A stretch of DNA of 62,074 bases, filler included. It is 4 parts of 4 records of this genome, joined end to end, with 100 filler letters (N's around TTAATTAATTAA, not from the genome) between each part and the next. Parts side by side here need not be neighbours in the genome. Positions count along the whole stretch, not along the records: positions 23,758 to 36,075 come from DRR723986_6297; positions 36,176 to 62,074 come from DRR723986_6298; 2 more parts are not named here. One strand, given 5' to 3'. Each line of letters opens with the position of its first letter. The stretch's first letter is position 1. Shown one piece after another: positions 28,709 through 37,375 of this stretch. The translations under genes and the position numbers were made by a program. The notes below the pieces were generated by a model, which worked only from the letters and a program-made list of their open reading frames with translations, was not told the origin of the DNA and did no database searches.

Positions 28709-29893
28709 TCATAGGCCTGCTTCGGCTTCGATCTGTTTGCGCGACTTACGAGCCCGTTCGGTGGCTGATTTCAACTGACCACAGGCCGCCATAATGTCCT
28801 CGCCGCGCGGTGTGCGGATGGGCGAGGCAAAGCCTGCCTCGTGAATGATGTCGGCAAAGGCATGGATGCGGTTGCCCGAGCTGCGCTTGTACGGGGCGCC
28901 GGGCCATTCGTTGAACGGGATCAGGTTGATTTTGGCCGGAATGTTAAATTCCCGGATCAAGCTGATCAGGCGGTGCGCATCTGCTTTGGTGTCATTCACC
29001 CCGTCGAGCATCACGTACTCAAAGGTGATGCGTTCGGAATTGGACACGCGTGGATAATCAGCAAGGGCTTGCAGCAGTTCGCGTATGTTCCAGCGTTTGT
29101 TGATCGGAACCAGCTTATCACGGGTTTCATCGGTGGTGGCGTGGAACGAAATCGCGAGCAAACAGCCGATCTCATCCGCTGTGCGCGCGATTTCGGGCAC
29201 AACGCCTGAGGTCGACAAGGTGATGCGACGGCGGCTGAGCTGGATGCCTTCGGGGTCCATGGCGATCTTCATTGCGTCACGAACGTTGTCGAAATTATAG
29301 AGTGGCTCGCCCATGCCCATCAGAACGATGTTGCTGAGCAGGCGGGTTTCATCGGGGGCGCGTTTGCCGGGGGTTGGCCATTCATCCAGATCGTCACGCG
29401 CCATCATTACCTGACCGATGATTTCGGCCGAAGTGAGGTTGCGGACCAGTTTCTGAGTGCCGGTGTGGCAGAACGAGCAGGTCAATGTGCAGCCGACCTG
29501 AGACGAGATGCACAGCGTGCCGCGCCCGTCTTCGGGGATATAGACCACCTCGACCTCGTGGCCTCCTGCGATCCGCACCAGGTATTTGCGGGTGCCATCG
29601 CTGGACACTTGGCGCGAGACGACTTCGGGAATTTCGATCACAAATTTTTCGGCCAATTCGGCCCGAAACGCTTTGGACAGGTTGGTCATCTCTGCGAAAT
29701 CGCGTACGCCCCACTGATAGAGCCACTGCCAGATTTGCCCGACGCGCATTTTGGCCTGCTTTTCCGGCGTGCCGGTTGCAATCAGGGCTTCGCGCATTTG
29801 CGGACGGGTCATACCGACGATGTTCGTCGGCCCCTCGGGCAATTTGCGGGGGATTGTCATCACATCTTGCGTGATCGGCGCGTTGGCGGACAT
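28709..29893 (-). CDS. rlmN: 23S rRNA A2503 C2-methyltransferase (radical SAM)
   Basis: [33 protein letters not shown]. Confidence 0.97.
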   Translation of the reverse strand: MSANAPITQDVMTIPRKLPEGPTNIVGMTRPQMREALIATGTPEKQAKMRVGQIWQWLYQWGVRDFAEMTNLSKAFRAELAEKFVIEIPEVVSRQVSSDGTRKYLVRIAGGHEVEVVYIPEDGRGTLCISSQVGCTLTCSFCHTGTQKLVRNLTSAEIIGQVMMARDDLDEWPTPGKRAPDETRLLSNIVLMGMGEPLYNFDNVRDAMKIAMDPEGIQLSRRRITLSTSGVVPEIARTADEIGCLLAISFHATTDETRDKLVPINKRWNIRELLQALADYPRVSNSERITFEYVMLDGVNDTKADAHRLISLIREFNIPAKINLIPFNEWPGAPYKRSSGNRIHAFADIIHEAGFASPIRTPRGEDIMAACGQLKSATERARKSRKQIEAEAGL

Positions 29894-29982
29894 ATCAAAG
29901 GACTCACTAAGCTGAGGGATGCGCCTCTATATAGGAGAACGCGCAAAGATCAAAAGATTTCGCGCGTTCTTATTTTTGGACA

Positions 29983-30366
29983 TTATTGAACGCTGGCCAT
30001 CAATTCGGCGATTCTGGCCCGCCCTAGCGTGATGAAACAGCTTTGAATTGCGATGCCGGTGCCCGAACCGCCGCCGAACGAGGCCCCCACCGCATCACAT
30101 TGAGCAGTGCGATAGGCGGCCCACGCGGTTTGGGCGGCGTCCAACGCAGGGCCGGCAACGTTGCGGCCAGTGACCTCATCGAGTTCGACGGCAGAGCCTT
30201 GGGCGATTTCAAGGGCGATGGCCATCGCGGCCTCGACCTGATCGGCGGCGGCCCCGACACAGGTGCCGATTTCGACCTGCGACCCGGCGGCGCTGCATTC
30301 AAGTGACGGGTCGGCTGTTCCGGTTGTTGGTGCAAGCAGCAGGGCGGCGCAGACGAGATATCGCAT
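29983..30366 (-). CDS. LprI/DUF1311-like secreted protein
   Basis: Signal peptide; AQTAWAAYRTAQC, GSGTG...C...R. Confidence 0.75.
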   Translation of the reverse strand: MRYLVCAALLLAPTTGTADPSLECSAAGSQVEIGTCVGAAADQVEAAMAIALEIAQGSAVELDEVTGRNVAGPALDAAQTAWAAYRTAQCDAVGASFGGGSGTGIAIQSCFITLGRARIAELMASVQ

Positions 30367-30878
30367 TATACTGGCTCCCCATATGCGTTGGCCTCGGGTT
30401 GTGAGGGGCGGGTCAGCCACCACAGGATCAAGATGCTGAGAGCCAATTGCAGGAGCGCTGCAGCGATTAACCCTGAAAGCCCAAGAAAGGCAGCGGGGCC
30501 GCGTAACACTTCGGGATCGTCAACGCGCCCTTCCATCAAGGCGAAAACGGCGACGCCTGAAAACAGAAACAGCATCATGGCGAAGGAAATGGCCAAGGGT
30601 AAAAGCAGATACCACCCAGGATATCCGACATCGTGCATGCGCCGCCACCCTGCTGCCAGCATGGGGAGCAGAGTCGCGAACTGAAACAGCGGAGTTAAGA
30701 ATTGCGAGGGTTCGCCAGTCTCAGGGTTTGTGCCAAACACAATGGCGTCGATGATCGACAAGAGCACCGCCCCGAGAAAAACAAACAAGACGAACCACCA
30801 GTATTCCGGACGCCGTGCCCGGCCGGAAAAGGTGACGTAATTGGAAAGGCAGGTCTTTATTGCAGTGGTAAAAGTCAT
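30366..30878 (-). CDS. DUF805 membrane protein
   Basis: FSGRARRPEYWWF, RRMHD, NAYG. Confidence 0.88.
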   Translation of the reverse strand: MTFTTAIKTCLSNYVTFSGRARRPEYWWFVLFVFLGAVLLSIIDAIVFGTNPETGEPSQFLTPLFQFATLLPMLAAGWRRMHDVGYPGWYLLLPLAISFAMMLFLFSGVAVFALMEGRVDDPEVLRGPAAFLGLSGLIAAALLQLALSILILWWLTRPSQPEANAYGEPV

Positions 30879-30933
30879 CTTAAACCTCGCGTTCTGGACT
30901 ATTACAGCCTGCCGCGCGCAACCCTAACCCGTC

Positions 30934-30972
30934 AAACAAAAACAGCCGGCGCTCTTTTCAGAGGCCGGCTGT
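30934..30972 (-). terminator. Rho-independent terminator
   Basis: ACAGCCGGC/GCCGGCTGT stem then U-tract on minus strand, downstream of 31000. Confidence 0.7.
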
Positions 30973-30999
30973 ATGAGGCAGGTGCAGAGAGGGGGGACC

Positions 31000-31566
31000 T
31001 TACTCGGCGGCCACTGCCTTGGGCTCCCAGGCGAAGGGCTGGAACATGCCATCCACCGGTGTTTCAAAAAGGGCATTTGTGTAGTTCGACAGGATCTTTT
31101 GGGCAAAGATCACCAGCAGATCCTGAAGCGCGCGGTCGTCATAGCCAGCGGCGCGGAAAGCGGCGAGATCCTCAGGAGCGGGGCGGCCATGGCTGTCGCG
31201 CAGCGCCAAAGTAAAGCTGCGCAGGGTTTCTAGTTTGGCGTCGTTCAGAGGGGTTTCATCGCGCAGGGCGTCGATGATGTCTTTGTCGACTTTCTCACGT
31301 AGCGCGATGCCAGTGTGGGCAGGCACGCAGTAGTGGCAGGTGTTGGCGACATTGACGGTCATCCAGATCACCGTGCGCTCGGCCGGTGTAAAACCGGTGG
31401 TCATCGCAAGGCGCGACAGTTCTTTGTAGGATTCCAGCAAGGCGGGGCTGGTGGCCATGACGCCATGCAGGTTTGGAATGGAACCAAAGGCTTTGACCGA
31501 CCCTTCGAGCAGGGGTTTGGCGGCGTCGGGAGCGGTGTCAACGGTGTGAATGATGGTCTGTGTCAT
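31000..31566 (-). CDS. Carboxymuconolactone decarboxylase / AhpD-like peroxidase
   Basis: IPNLHGVMATSP, NTCHYCVPAH (CxxC), LSNYTN. Confidence 0.87.
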   Translation of the reverse strand: MTQTIIHTVDTAPDAAKPLLEGSVKAFGSIPNLHGVMATSPALLESYKELSRLAMTTGFTPAERTVIWMTVNVANTCHYCVPAHTGIALREKVDKDIIDALRDETPLNDAKLETLRSFTLALRDSHGRPAPEDLAAFRAAGYDDRALQDLLVIFAQKILSNYTNALFETPVDGMFQPFAWEPKAVAAE

Positions 31567-31725
31567 GGGGCTGTCCTGTCTGGAATGTGTTGGCAGACAG
31601 CTATGACCGGGGGGCGCTGATAAAAACGGCGATCCGGGCAGAGATTACTGTGCAGCGATGCGCAGCATTTCACCGGCTTGTGATTTGGCGTGAGCCAAAG
31701 CGGCAGTCAGGGCGTATAAAACGCA

Positions 31726-31752
31726 AAAACCCCGGATCTGATCCGGGGTTTT
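31726..31752 (-). terminator. Rho-independent (bidirectional) terminator
   Basis: AAAACCCCGGAT-CTG-ATCCGGGGTTTT. Confidence 0.8.
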
Positions 31753-31771
31753 GTCTTGGTGAGAGCGGGCT

Positions 31772-32302
31772 TTAGCTGCCGCAGCGCTTTTGTGCATCCT
31801 CAAGTGCGGCGGTAAAGCCAAGCAGCGAGAACGTATCTTTGGTCTGTGTCCCACGCGACGAACGCGCGGTGAGCGTGGCAGAGGCCCCGCGTTTCATCGC
31901 AGTGATGATCTTAGCATCCTGCGCTTCGGTTGCGGGCCAAGCCCATTCGCCTTCGGAAATCAGTTCGAACTGGGTGCCGCCCACGTCAAGCGAAACGGTC
32001 GAGCCGGATGCAAAGGGATAACCGCCAGTGAATGTGACCTGCCCTTTGACGCCCGCCTTGGGGCGGAAAAAGACGAACAGCAAAATGTCGCTGCGTTTGG
32101 CTGCCACAACCCGGCCACCGCGTGTGTTCACGGTTTCCTTGGGGGCGGAAACGCTCCAGCATTCGGTTGGGTCGTCCTCGACAAAGACACTCCAATTGGT
32201 CTTTGCCGCAACCCGGTTTGTGCTTTGTGTTTGAGCGGACGCTGTTGCGGCCATTCCTGCAATGCACAGGCCCGCGATCGTGCGGAAAAGTATAGATACC
32301 AT
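31772..32302 (-). CDS. Invasion-associated locus B (IalB) family protein
   Basis: Signal peptide; WSVF...CW, AMKRG, DTFSLLGFTAA...C. Confidence 0.85.
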   Translation of the reverse strand: MVSILFRTIAGLCIAGMAATASAQTQSTNRVAAKTNWSVFVEDDPTECWSVSAPKETVNTRGGRVVAAKRSDILLFVFFRPKAGVKGQVTFTGGYPFASGSTVSLDVGGTQFELISEGEWAWPATEAQDAKIITAMKRGASATLTARSSRGTQTKDTFSLLGFTAALEDAQKRCGS

Positions 32303-32479
32303 GTGTCCAGCCTCCTAGACTGTCCTTAACCTCAATTCCCAAGGTGCGCCCGTGCGGGTCTTGCCAACCCATCTGTCTTGCGCATCCTATCGTTTGCCGA
32401 CATAGACATACTAATGCAATTTTCGCCATGGGCGAAAGGGCGATTGGCGGGAATTTGCCAAGAAATGGGGAGGGTTTTG

Positions 32480-33475
32480 ATGACACAACCGGTTCCAATG
32501 ACCGAAATCTGGCGCGGTCCGTTCCTTGAGAGCGTGCATTCAGGCCATGCGGTGATCTGTGATGATACCGGACAGATCGTGCGCAGCTGGGGCGATCCAC
32601 ACGCGACGGTGCTGCCGCGCAGTTCCTCGAAGATGGTGCAGGCGCTGCCACTGATTACATCGGGGGCCGCTGCAAAATACGGTCTAACGTCTGAACATTT
32701 GGCGCTGGCCTGCGCATCCCACAACGGTGCAGCGATTCACACGGATCGGGTCAAGACGTGGCTAGATCATCTGGGGCTAAGCGATGACGATTTCCGCTGT
32801 GGGCCACAAATGCCAAATGATCCGCCTGCGCGCGATGCGCTGATCATCGGTGATGACAGCCCTTGCCAGATGCACAACAACTGTTCCGGTAAGCATTCGG
32901 GGTTTTTGACCCTGAACCAGCATATGGGCGGCAATGCTGAGTATATCGAGGTGGACCACCCAGTGCAGCAGGCCTGTTTGGCGGCGTTCGAAGAGACGAC
33001 CGGCGAGACCAGCCCGGGCTATGGCATTGATGGCTGTTCGGCCCCCAATTACGCCAGTTCATTGCTGGGCATGGCGCGGTCGATGGCTTGGTTTGCATCA
33101 GCTGCGGATCGATCAGATCGACAGAGTGCCGCCGCCGAGCAATTGACCACCGCGATGATCAAGCACCCGGAATTGGTGGCGGGCGAAGGCCGGGCCTGTA
33201 CCGAATTGATGCGGGCGATGAACGGGCGGGTTGCGATCAAAACCGGCGCCGAGGCGTTTTTCATCGCGATCATTCCTGAAAAGCGGATGGGTGTTGCGTT
33301 GAAGATTGCCGATGGCACCACCCGCGCCAGCGAATGCGCCATTGCGGCGATTCTGGTTGAGCTGGGCGTGCTTGAGGCGGATCATCCAGCCACGCGCAAG
33401 GTCATGAATGCGCCGATCCTGAATCGCCGGGGCATTGATACCGGAATGATCAAGCCAGCCGCCGGGTTTATCTGA
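32480..33475 (+). CDS. L-asparaginase II (Rhizobium AnsA / class 3 type)
   Basis: RG..ESVHSG, RSSSK, CASH, NNCSGKH, DGC, KTGAE. Confidence 0.9.
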   Translation: MTQPVPMTEIWRGPFLESVHSGHAVICDDTGQIVRSWGDPHATVLPRSSSKMVQALPLITSGAAAKYGLTSEHLALACASHNGAAIHTDRVKTWLDHLGLSDDDFRCGPQMPNDPPARDALIIGDDSPCQMHNNCSGKHSGFLTLNQHMGGNAEYIEVDHPVQQACLAAFEETTGETSPGYGIDGCSAPNYASSLLGMARSMAWFASAADRSDRQSAAAEQLTTAMIKHPELVAGEGRACTELMRAMNGRVAIKTGAEAFFIAIIPEKRMGVALKIADGTTRASECAIAAILVELGVLEADHPATRKVMNAPILNRRGIDTGMIKPAAGFI

Positions 33476-33516
33476 CGGCTGGATTTTTCTGTTGGGGTGT
33501 AACGGGCTCAGGCGCG

Positions 33517-33831
33517 TTACATCTCCATGATTTCAGCGACTTCGACAGAGCCGTGACCGCTGACCACCATGGGGCAACCTTTGGCCATTTCTGTTGCTGC
33601 CCCCATGTCGGCGGCATTCACCACGGTGTATCCTGAAATTGGGTTTGCACCGCCGTCTGCCGCGACGCCCGAGGCGCTGACTGTTTGGGACATGCCAACG
33701 GGCGCGCCGGGGATTTCCAGCGCATCGGCCATGGTTTCAAACCACGCTTTCCATGCGGCCATGACTTCGGCGCCTTCTTCGGGGCTGTCCGGGGTTTTTC
33801 CGCCGTGATAGGCAAAAATGAACTGTGGCAT
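33517..33831 (-). CDS. YciI-like (DGPF) protein
   Basis: WKAWF, ISGYTVVNA, AKGCP, GSVEVAE. Confidence 0.75.
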   Translation of the reverse strand: MPQFIFAYHGGKTPDSPEEGAEVMAAWKAWFETMADALEIPGAPVGMSQTVSASGVAADGGANPISGYTVVNAADMGAATEMAKGCPMVVSGHGSVEVAEIMEM

Positions 33832-33857
33832 TGGTCATCCTCCGTGTTGGGTTGGGG

Positions 33858-34286
33858 TTAATTCAAGTGTGCGGACAGTTTGCGCAGGGCCGAGGTCCAG
33901 CCGGTCTCGTGACTTGCGCTGATCTCGTCATCGCCCAGTTCGCGGTGATCAATCAGCAGCCGGGATCCCGATTCGCTGGCCACCACGGAAAAGGTGACAT
34001 GGCTTTCCGTGCCGCGCTTGTCCTTGGGGTCGTGCCACCCCCAGGTAAAGCCGATGGATTTGGGCGGATCTACGTGGGTGACGTGGCCTGAGACCTTGAA
34101 TTGTTGGCCTTCGGCGTTCTGCATGATCGAATACCACGGACCAATGCGGGAAAAGTCGAGGGTGTGTTCAGGGACATGCATGCCTTCGGGCCCCCACCAT
34201 TTCAGCAGTTTGTCTGGGGCGCTGACCCAATCAAACAGCTTTTCGGGGCTGACGGAGAATTCGCGTTCTAAGCGCAGGTCGGTCAT
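33858..34286 (-). CDS. SRPBCC/AHSA1 domain protein
   Basis: LERE..PEKLF, WWGP, FTWGW, HETGWTSAL. Confidence 0.87.
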   Translation of the reverse strand: MTDLRLEREFSVSPEKLFDWVSAPDKLLKWWGPEGMHVPEHTLDFSRIGPWYSIMQNAEGQQFKVSGHVTHVDPPKSIGFTWGWHDPKDKRGTESHVTFSVVASESGSRLLIDHRELGDDEISASHETGWTSALRKLSAHLN

Positions 34287-34606
34287 GCATCGTCCTCTTC
34301 TAAAATAGCGGCTTCCAACCGATCGAGGCTGGATTCCCAAAATTCACGTTTTGAAATTGTCCAATTTGCAATGGCGCGCAGACCCTCGGGCTGGACTGTG
34401 TACAGGCGTTTGGTCCCGATGGCGCGCTGCCGGATAATGCCGGCCTCGCGCAGAACCTTGAGATGTCTAGATATCGCAGCCCCGGACATGCCACGCCCTT
34501 GGATCAGATCACCGGCGGGCAATTCCCCCTGTGCCATCAACTGTTCGACGATATCGAATCGCGTTGGGTCAGAGAGCGCTGAAAAGGCTGAGAGAAGGTG
34601 TGTCAT
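34283..34606 (-). CDS. ArsR/SmtB-family regulator
   Basis: FSALSDPTRFDIV, AISRHLKVLREAG, FWESSLDRL. Confidence 0.9.
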   Translation of the reverse strand: MTHLLSAFSALSDPTRFDIVEQLMAQGELPAGDLIQGRGMSGAAISRHLKVLREAGIIRQRAIGTKRLYTVQPEGLRAIANWTISKREFWESSLDRLEAAILEEDDA

Positions 34607-34613
34607 GAGAATC

Positions 34614-34635
34614 AATTTAACATATTTGTTAAATT
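34614..34635. promoter_or_regulatory. Putative ArsR operator
   Basis: Perfect 9-4-9 inverted repeat AATTTAACA-TATT-TGTTAAATT just upstream of the ArsR ATG. Confidence 0.72.
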
Positions 34636-34685
34636 AAGTACAGACCTGTAGCTCTCACAGGGTGAGAAGAGCAGCGGGGCAGGGT

Positions 34686-35444
34686 CTAAATCATGTCCCA
34701 CAAGAGTTTGATTGCGAGGATGAGTGAGGTCATAACCAACAGGGGTTTGATCAGGCGTGCGCCGATGCGCTGGGCCAGAACCGCGCCCAATCGCGCGCCA
34801 AAGATCTGTGCGACACCCATGATCAGACCAGTGATCCACCACGGTTCGGCGACAAAGGCAAAGGCCAGCAACGCGCCACTATTTGAGGCAAGGTTCAGCA
34901 ATTTGGTATGGGCGGTGGCCTTGAGCACGCCGTATCCAGCCAGCGACACAAAGGCGAGCATGTAAAAGCTGCCGGCACCGGGGCCCAGTAAGCCATCATA
35001 GGCCCCGCACAAAGGAACCATGGTCACGGCGAACATTGCGGGGGTCATGCGACGAACCCGATCTTGGTCACCGAGCCCCTTTTTGGTGGCAAAGAAGATC
35101 GCAATGCCGATCAGCAGGATTGGTAGGAAAATCCGAATGAAATCGGTCGGTAGATACGAAATCAGAAGCGCCCCGGCGATGGATGCGACACCAGCGATAA
35201 GTGCAGATTTCCATTGTTCGCGCAGGTTCACATGACCGCCACGGGCGTAAGACAAGGCTGCGGTTCCAGCGCCAAAGATCGCTTGGATTTTGTTGGTGGC
35301 AAGAGCCGTCACCGGGTTTGCACCCGCGATGATCAGCACAGGAAGGGTGATCAATCCGCCGCCACCAGCGATGGCATCCACAAAACCGGCCAAAAACCCC
35401 GCCGCGATGAGCAGCAGGAGAACCTCAACAGTGACTTCGAGCAT
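34686..35444 (-). CDS. TSUP/TauE-SafE family transporter (YfcA-like)
   Basis: AGFVDAIAGGGGLI, ATNK, YDGLLGPGAGSF, TKLLNLASN. Confidence 0.9.
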   Translation of the reverse strand: MLEVTVEVLLLLIAAGFLAGFVDAIAGGGGLITLPVLIIAGANPVTALATNKIQAIFGAGTAALSYARGGHVNLREQWKSALIAGVASIAGALLISYLPTDFIRIFLPILLIGIAIFFATKKGLGDQDRVRRMTPAMFAVTMVPLCGAYDGLLGPGAGSFYMLAFVSLAGYGVLKATAHTKLLNLASNSGALLAFAFVAEPWWITGLIMGVAQIFGARLGAVLAQRIGARLIKPLLVMTSLILAIKLLWDMI

Positions 35445-35447
35445 GGG

Positions 35448-36075
35448 TTATCCCTGAAATGCGTCGCGGGCGTAGCCCTGTACAAACAGCAATGCGCTGA
35501 GATCACCGTGGTTAATGCGCACCTCGCATTCAGCCGCGACCGAGGGTTTCGCGTGCAGGGCAACGCCTGTGCCCGCGCGTTTCAGCATACCCAGATCATT
35601 GGCCCCGTCGCCTACTGCAATCACGTCCGCCTCGGCGATCCCGAGCCGGGCGGTGATCTGTTCCAGCGCGTCGACCTTGGCCTGTTTACCCAAGATAGGA
35701 CGCCCAGCCTTGCCGGTCAGTTTGCCATCCGCCACCAAAAGGGTGTTGGCGCGGTTTTCGTCAAATCCCAATGTCGCGGCAACCGAAGCCGTGAAGGCAG
35801 TGAACCCGCCAGAGACAAGCGCGGCATAGCCATCGTTGGCTTTCATCGTGGCCAGCAGCGTCTTGCCGCCGGGCATCAGGGTAATGCGCTGGTCAAGCAC
35901 TTGTTGAATGACGCCTTCGTCCAACCCAGCGAGCAAGCCGACACGTTCGTCCAGCGCGCCTTCGAAATCCAGCTCGCCATTCATGGCACGGGCTGTGATG
36001 TCTTTGACCCGCGCGCCGACGCCAGCAACCTCAGCCAACTCGTCAATGCATTCCTGCTGGATCATGGTGCTGTCC
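35448..36075 (-). CDS. serB: Phosphoserine phosphatase, 5'-truncated
   Basis: DSTMIQQECIDE, AMNGELDF, VSGGF, GDGANDL. Confidence 0.93.
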
Positions 36076-36175
36076 NNNNNNNNNNNNNNNNNNNNNNNNN
36101 NNNNNNNNNNNNNNNNNNNTTAATTAATTAANNNNNNNNNNNNNNNNNNNNNNNNNNNNNNNNNNNNNNNNNNNN
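36076..36175. other. Artificial contig linker
   Basis: N-TTAATTAATTAA-N. Confidence 0.98.
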
Positions 36176-36176
36176 C

Positions 36177-36797
36177 CCCGGCGGGCTGCTGACCCAGGCC
36201 ATTCGTGTATCGGATGCGTTTTTGGAAAAGGGTGAAATCGTCTCGACCCGGGGGCGCAATGCCGATGATGGGGATCGCTATAATGCCACCCCTGGTGATT
36301 TGGCCGCTGGCAAGCCGATTGTGGTGTTGATCAATGGCGGCTCGGCCTCGGCCTCGGAGATTGTGGCGGGCGCGCTGAAAGACCACCGCCGCGCAATCAT
36401 TGTGGGCACGAAATCATTTGGCAAAGGTTCGGTGCAAACGGTTATGCCCCTGCGTGGCGATGGCGCGATGCGCCTGACCACCGCGCGCTATTACACGCCC
36501 TCGGGCCGTTCGATCCAGAATTTGGGCGTCTCGCCCGATATCGTGGTGGAACAGCCCCGCCGCGTGGCGCCAACCGAAGAAGACGACAGCGCCGCCGCCG
36601 CCCGCCGCACCCGCAGCGAGGCCGATTTGCGCGGGCGTTTGGAAAACGATTCGTTGTCCGAAGACGAGGTGCGCCAGATCGAAGAAGACCGCGCCCGCGC
36701 CGAGGCAGCCGCACAGCTGCGCCAGGACGATTATCAGCTGGCCTATGCCGTGGATATTCTAAAGGGCCTGACCGCGCTAAGCCCGAGCGCAGATTAA
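36177..36797 (+). CDS. ctpA: S41 C-terminal processing protease, 5'-truncated
   Basis: [36 protein letters not shown]. Confidence 0.92.
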   Translation, partial: PGGLLTQAIRVSDAFLEKGEIVSTRGRNADDGDRYNATPGDLAAGKPIVVLINGGSASASEIVAGALKDHRRAIIVGTKSFGKGSVQTVMPLRGDGAMRLTTARYYTPSGRSIQNLGVSPDIVVEQPRRVAPTEEDDSAAAARRTRSEADLRGRLENDSLSEDEVRQIEEDRARAEAAAQLRQDDYQLAYAVDILKGLTALSPSAD

Positions 36798-36873
36798 TCT
36801 GCCCCCGCCACCGCTGGTACAAGGCGGTGGCGGGGTGATGAGTATTTCAAGCAAGATGAAGGAAGGGGCAGCC

Positions 36874-37362
36874 ATGGGGATGCAAGCCGAAGACATAGCC
36901 AAACTGCCCTATCGGCCCTGTGTGGGGGTGATGCTGGCCAATGCCCAAGGCGCCATATTCGTGGGCCAAAGGATAGATAGCGAGGTGCCGGCGTGGCAGA
37001 TGCCGCAGGGCGGGATTGATGCGGGCGAAGATGTGCGCGCGGCGGCTTTGCGGGAATTATGGGAAGAAACCGGGGTTGGTGCGGATCTGGTAGAGTTTGT
37101 GGCCGAAGCCGAAGATTGGGTGCGCTATGACCTGCCCCATGATCTGGTGCCACGGATCTGGAAAGGTAAATACCGCGGGCAAGAGCAGAAATGGGTGTTG
37201 TTGCGCTATCTTGGTGATGATGGGCAGATCAATATTGCCGGTGCGCACCCCGAGTTTTCCAGGTGGCGCTGGTTGGCCCCCGATGATGTGGTGGCCCAGA
37301 TCGTTCCGTTTAAACGCGGGGTTTACGAGCAGGCGCTGCGCGCCTTGCGGCCGTATTTATAG
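36874..37362 (+). CDS. rppH: RNA pyrophosphohydrolase
   Basis: [17 protein letters not shown], Nudix [18 protein letters not shown]. Confidence 0.93.
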   Translation: MGMQAEDIAKLPYRPCVGVMLANAQGAIFVGQRIDSEVPAWQMPQGGIDAGEDVRAAALRELWEETGVGADLVEFVAEAEDWVRYDLPHDLVPRIWKGKYRGQEQKWVLLRYLGDDGQINIAGAHPEFSRWRWLAPDDVVAQIVPFKRGVYEQALRALRPYL

Positions 37363-37375
37363 GGGCGTGGGCGCG

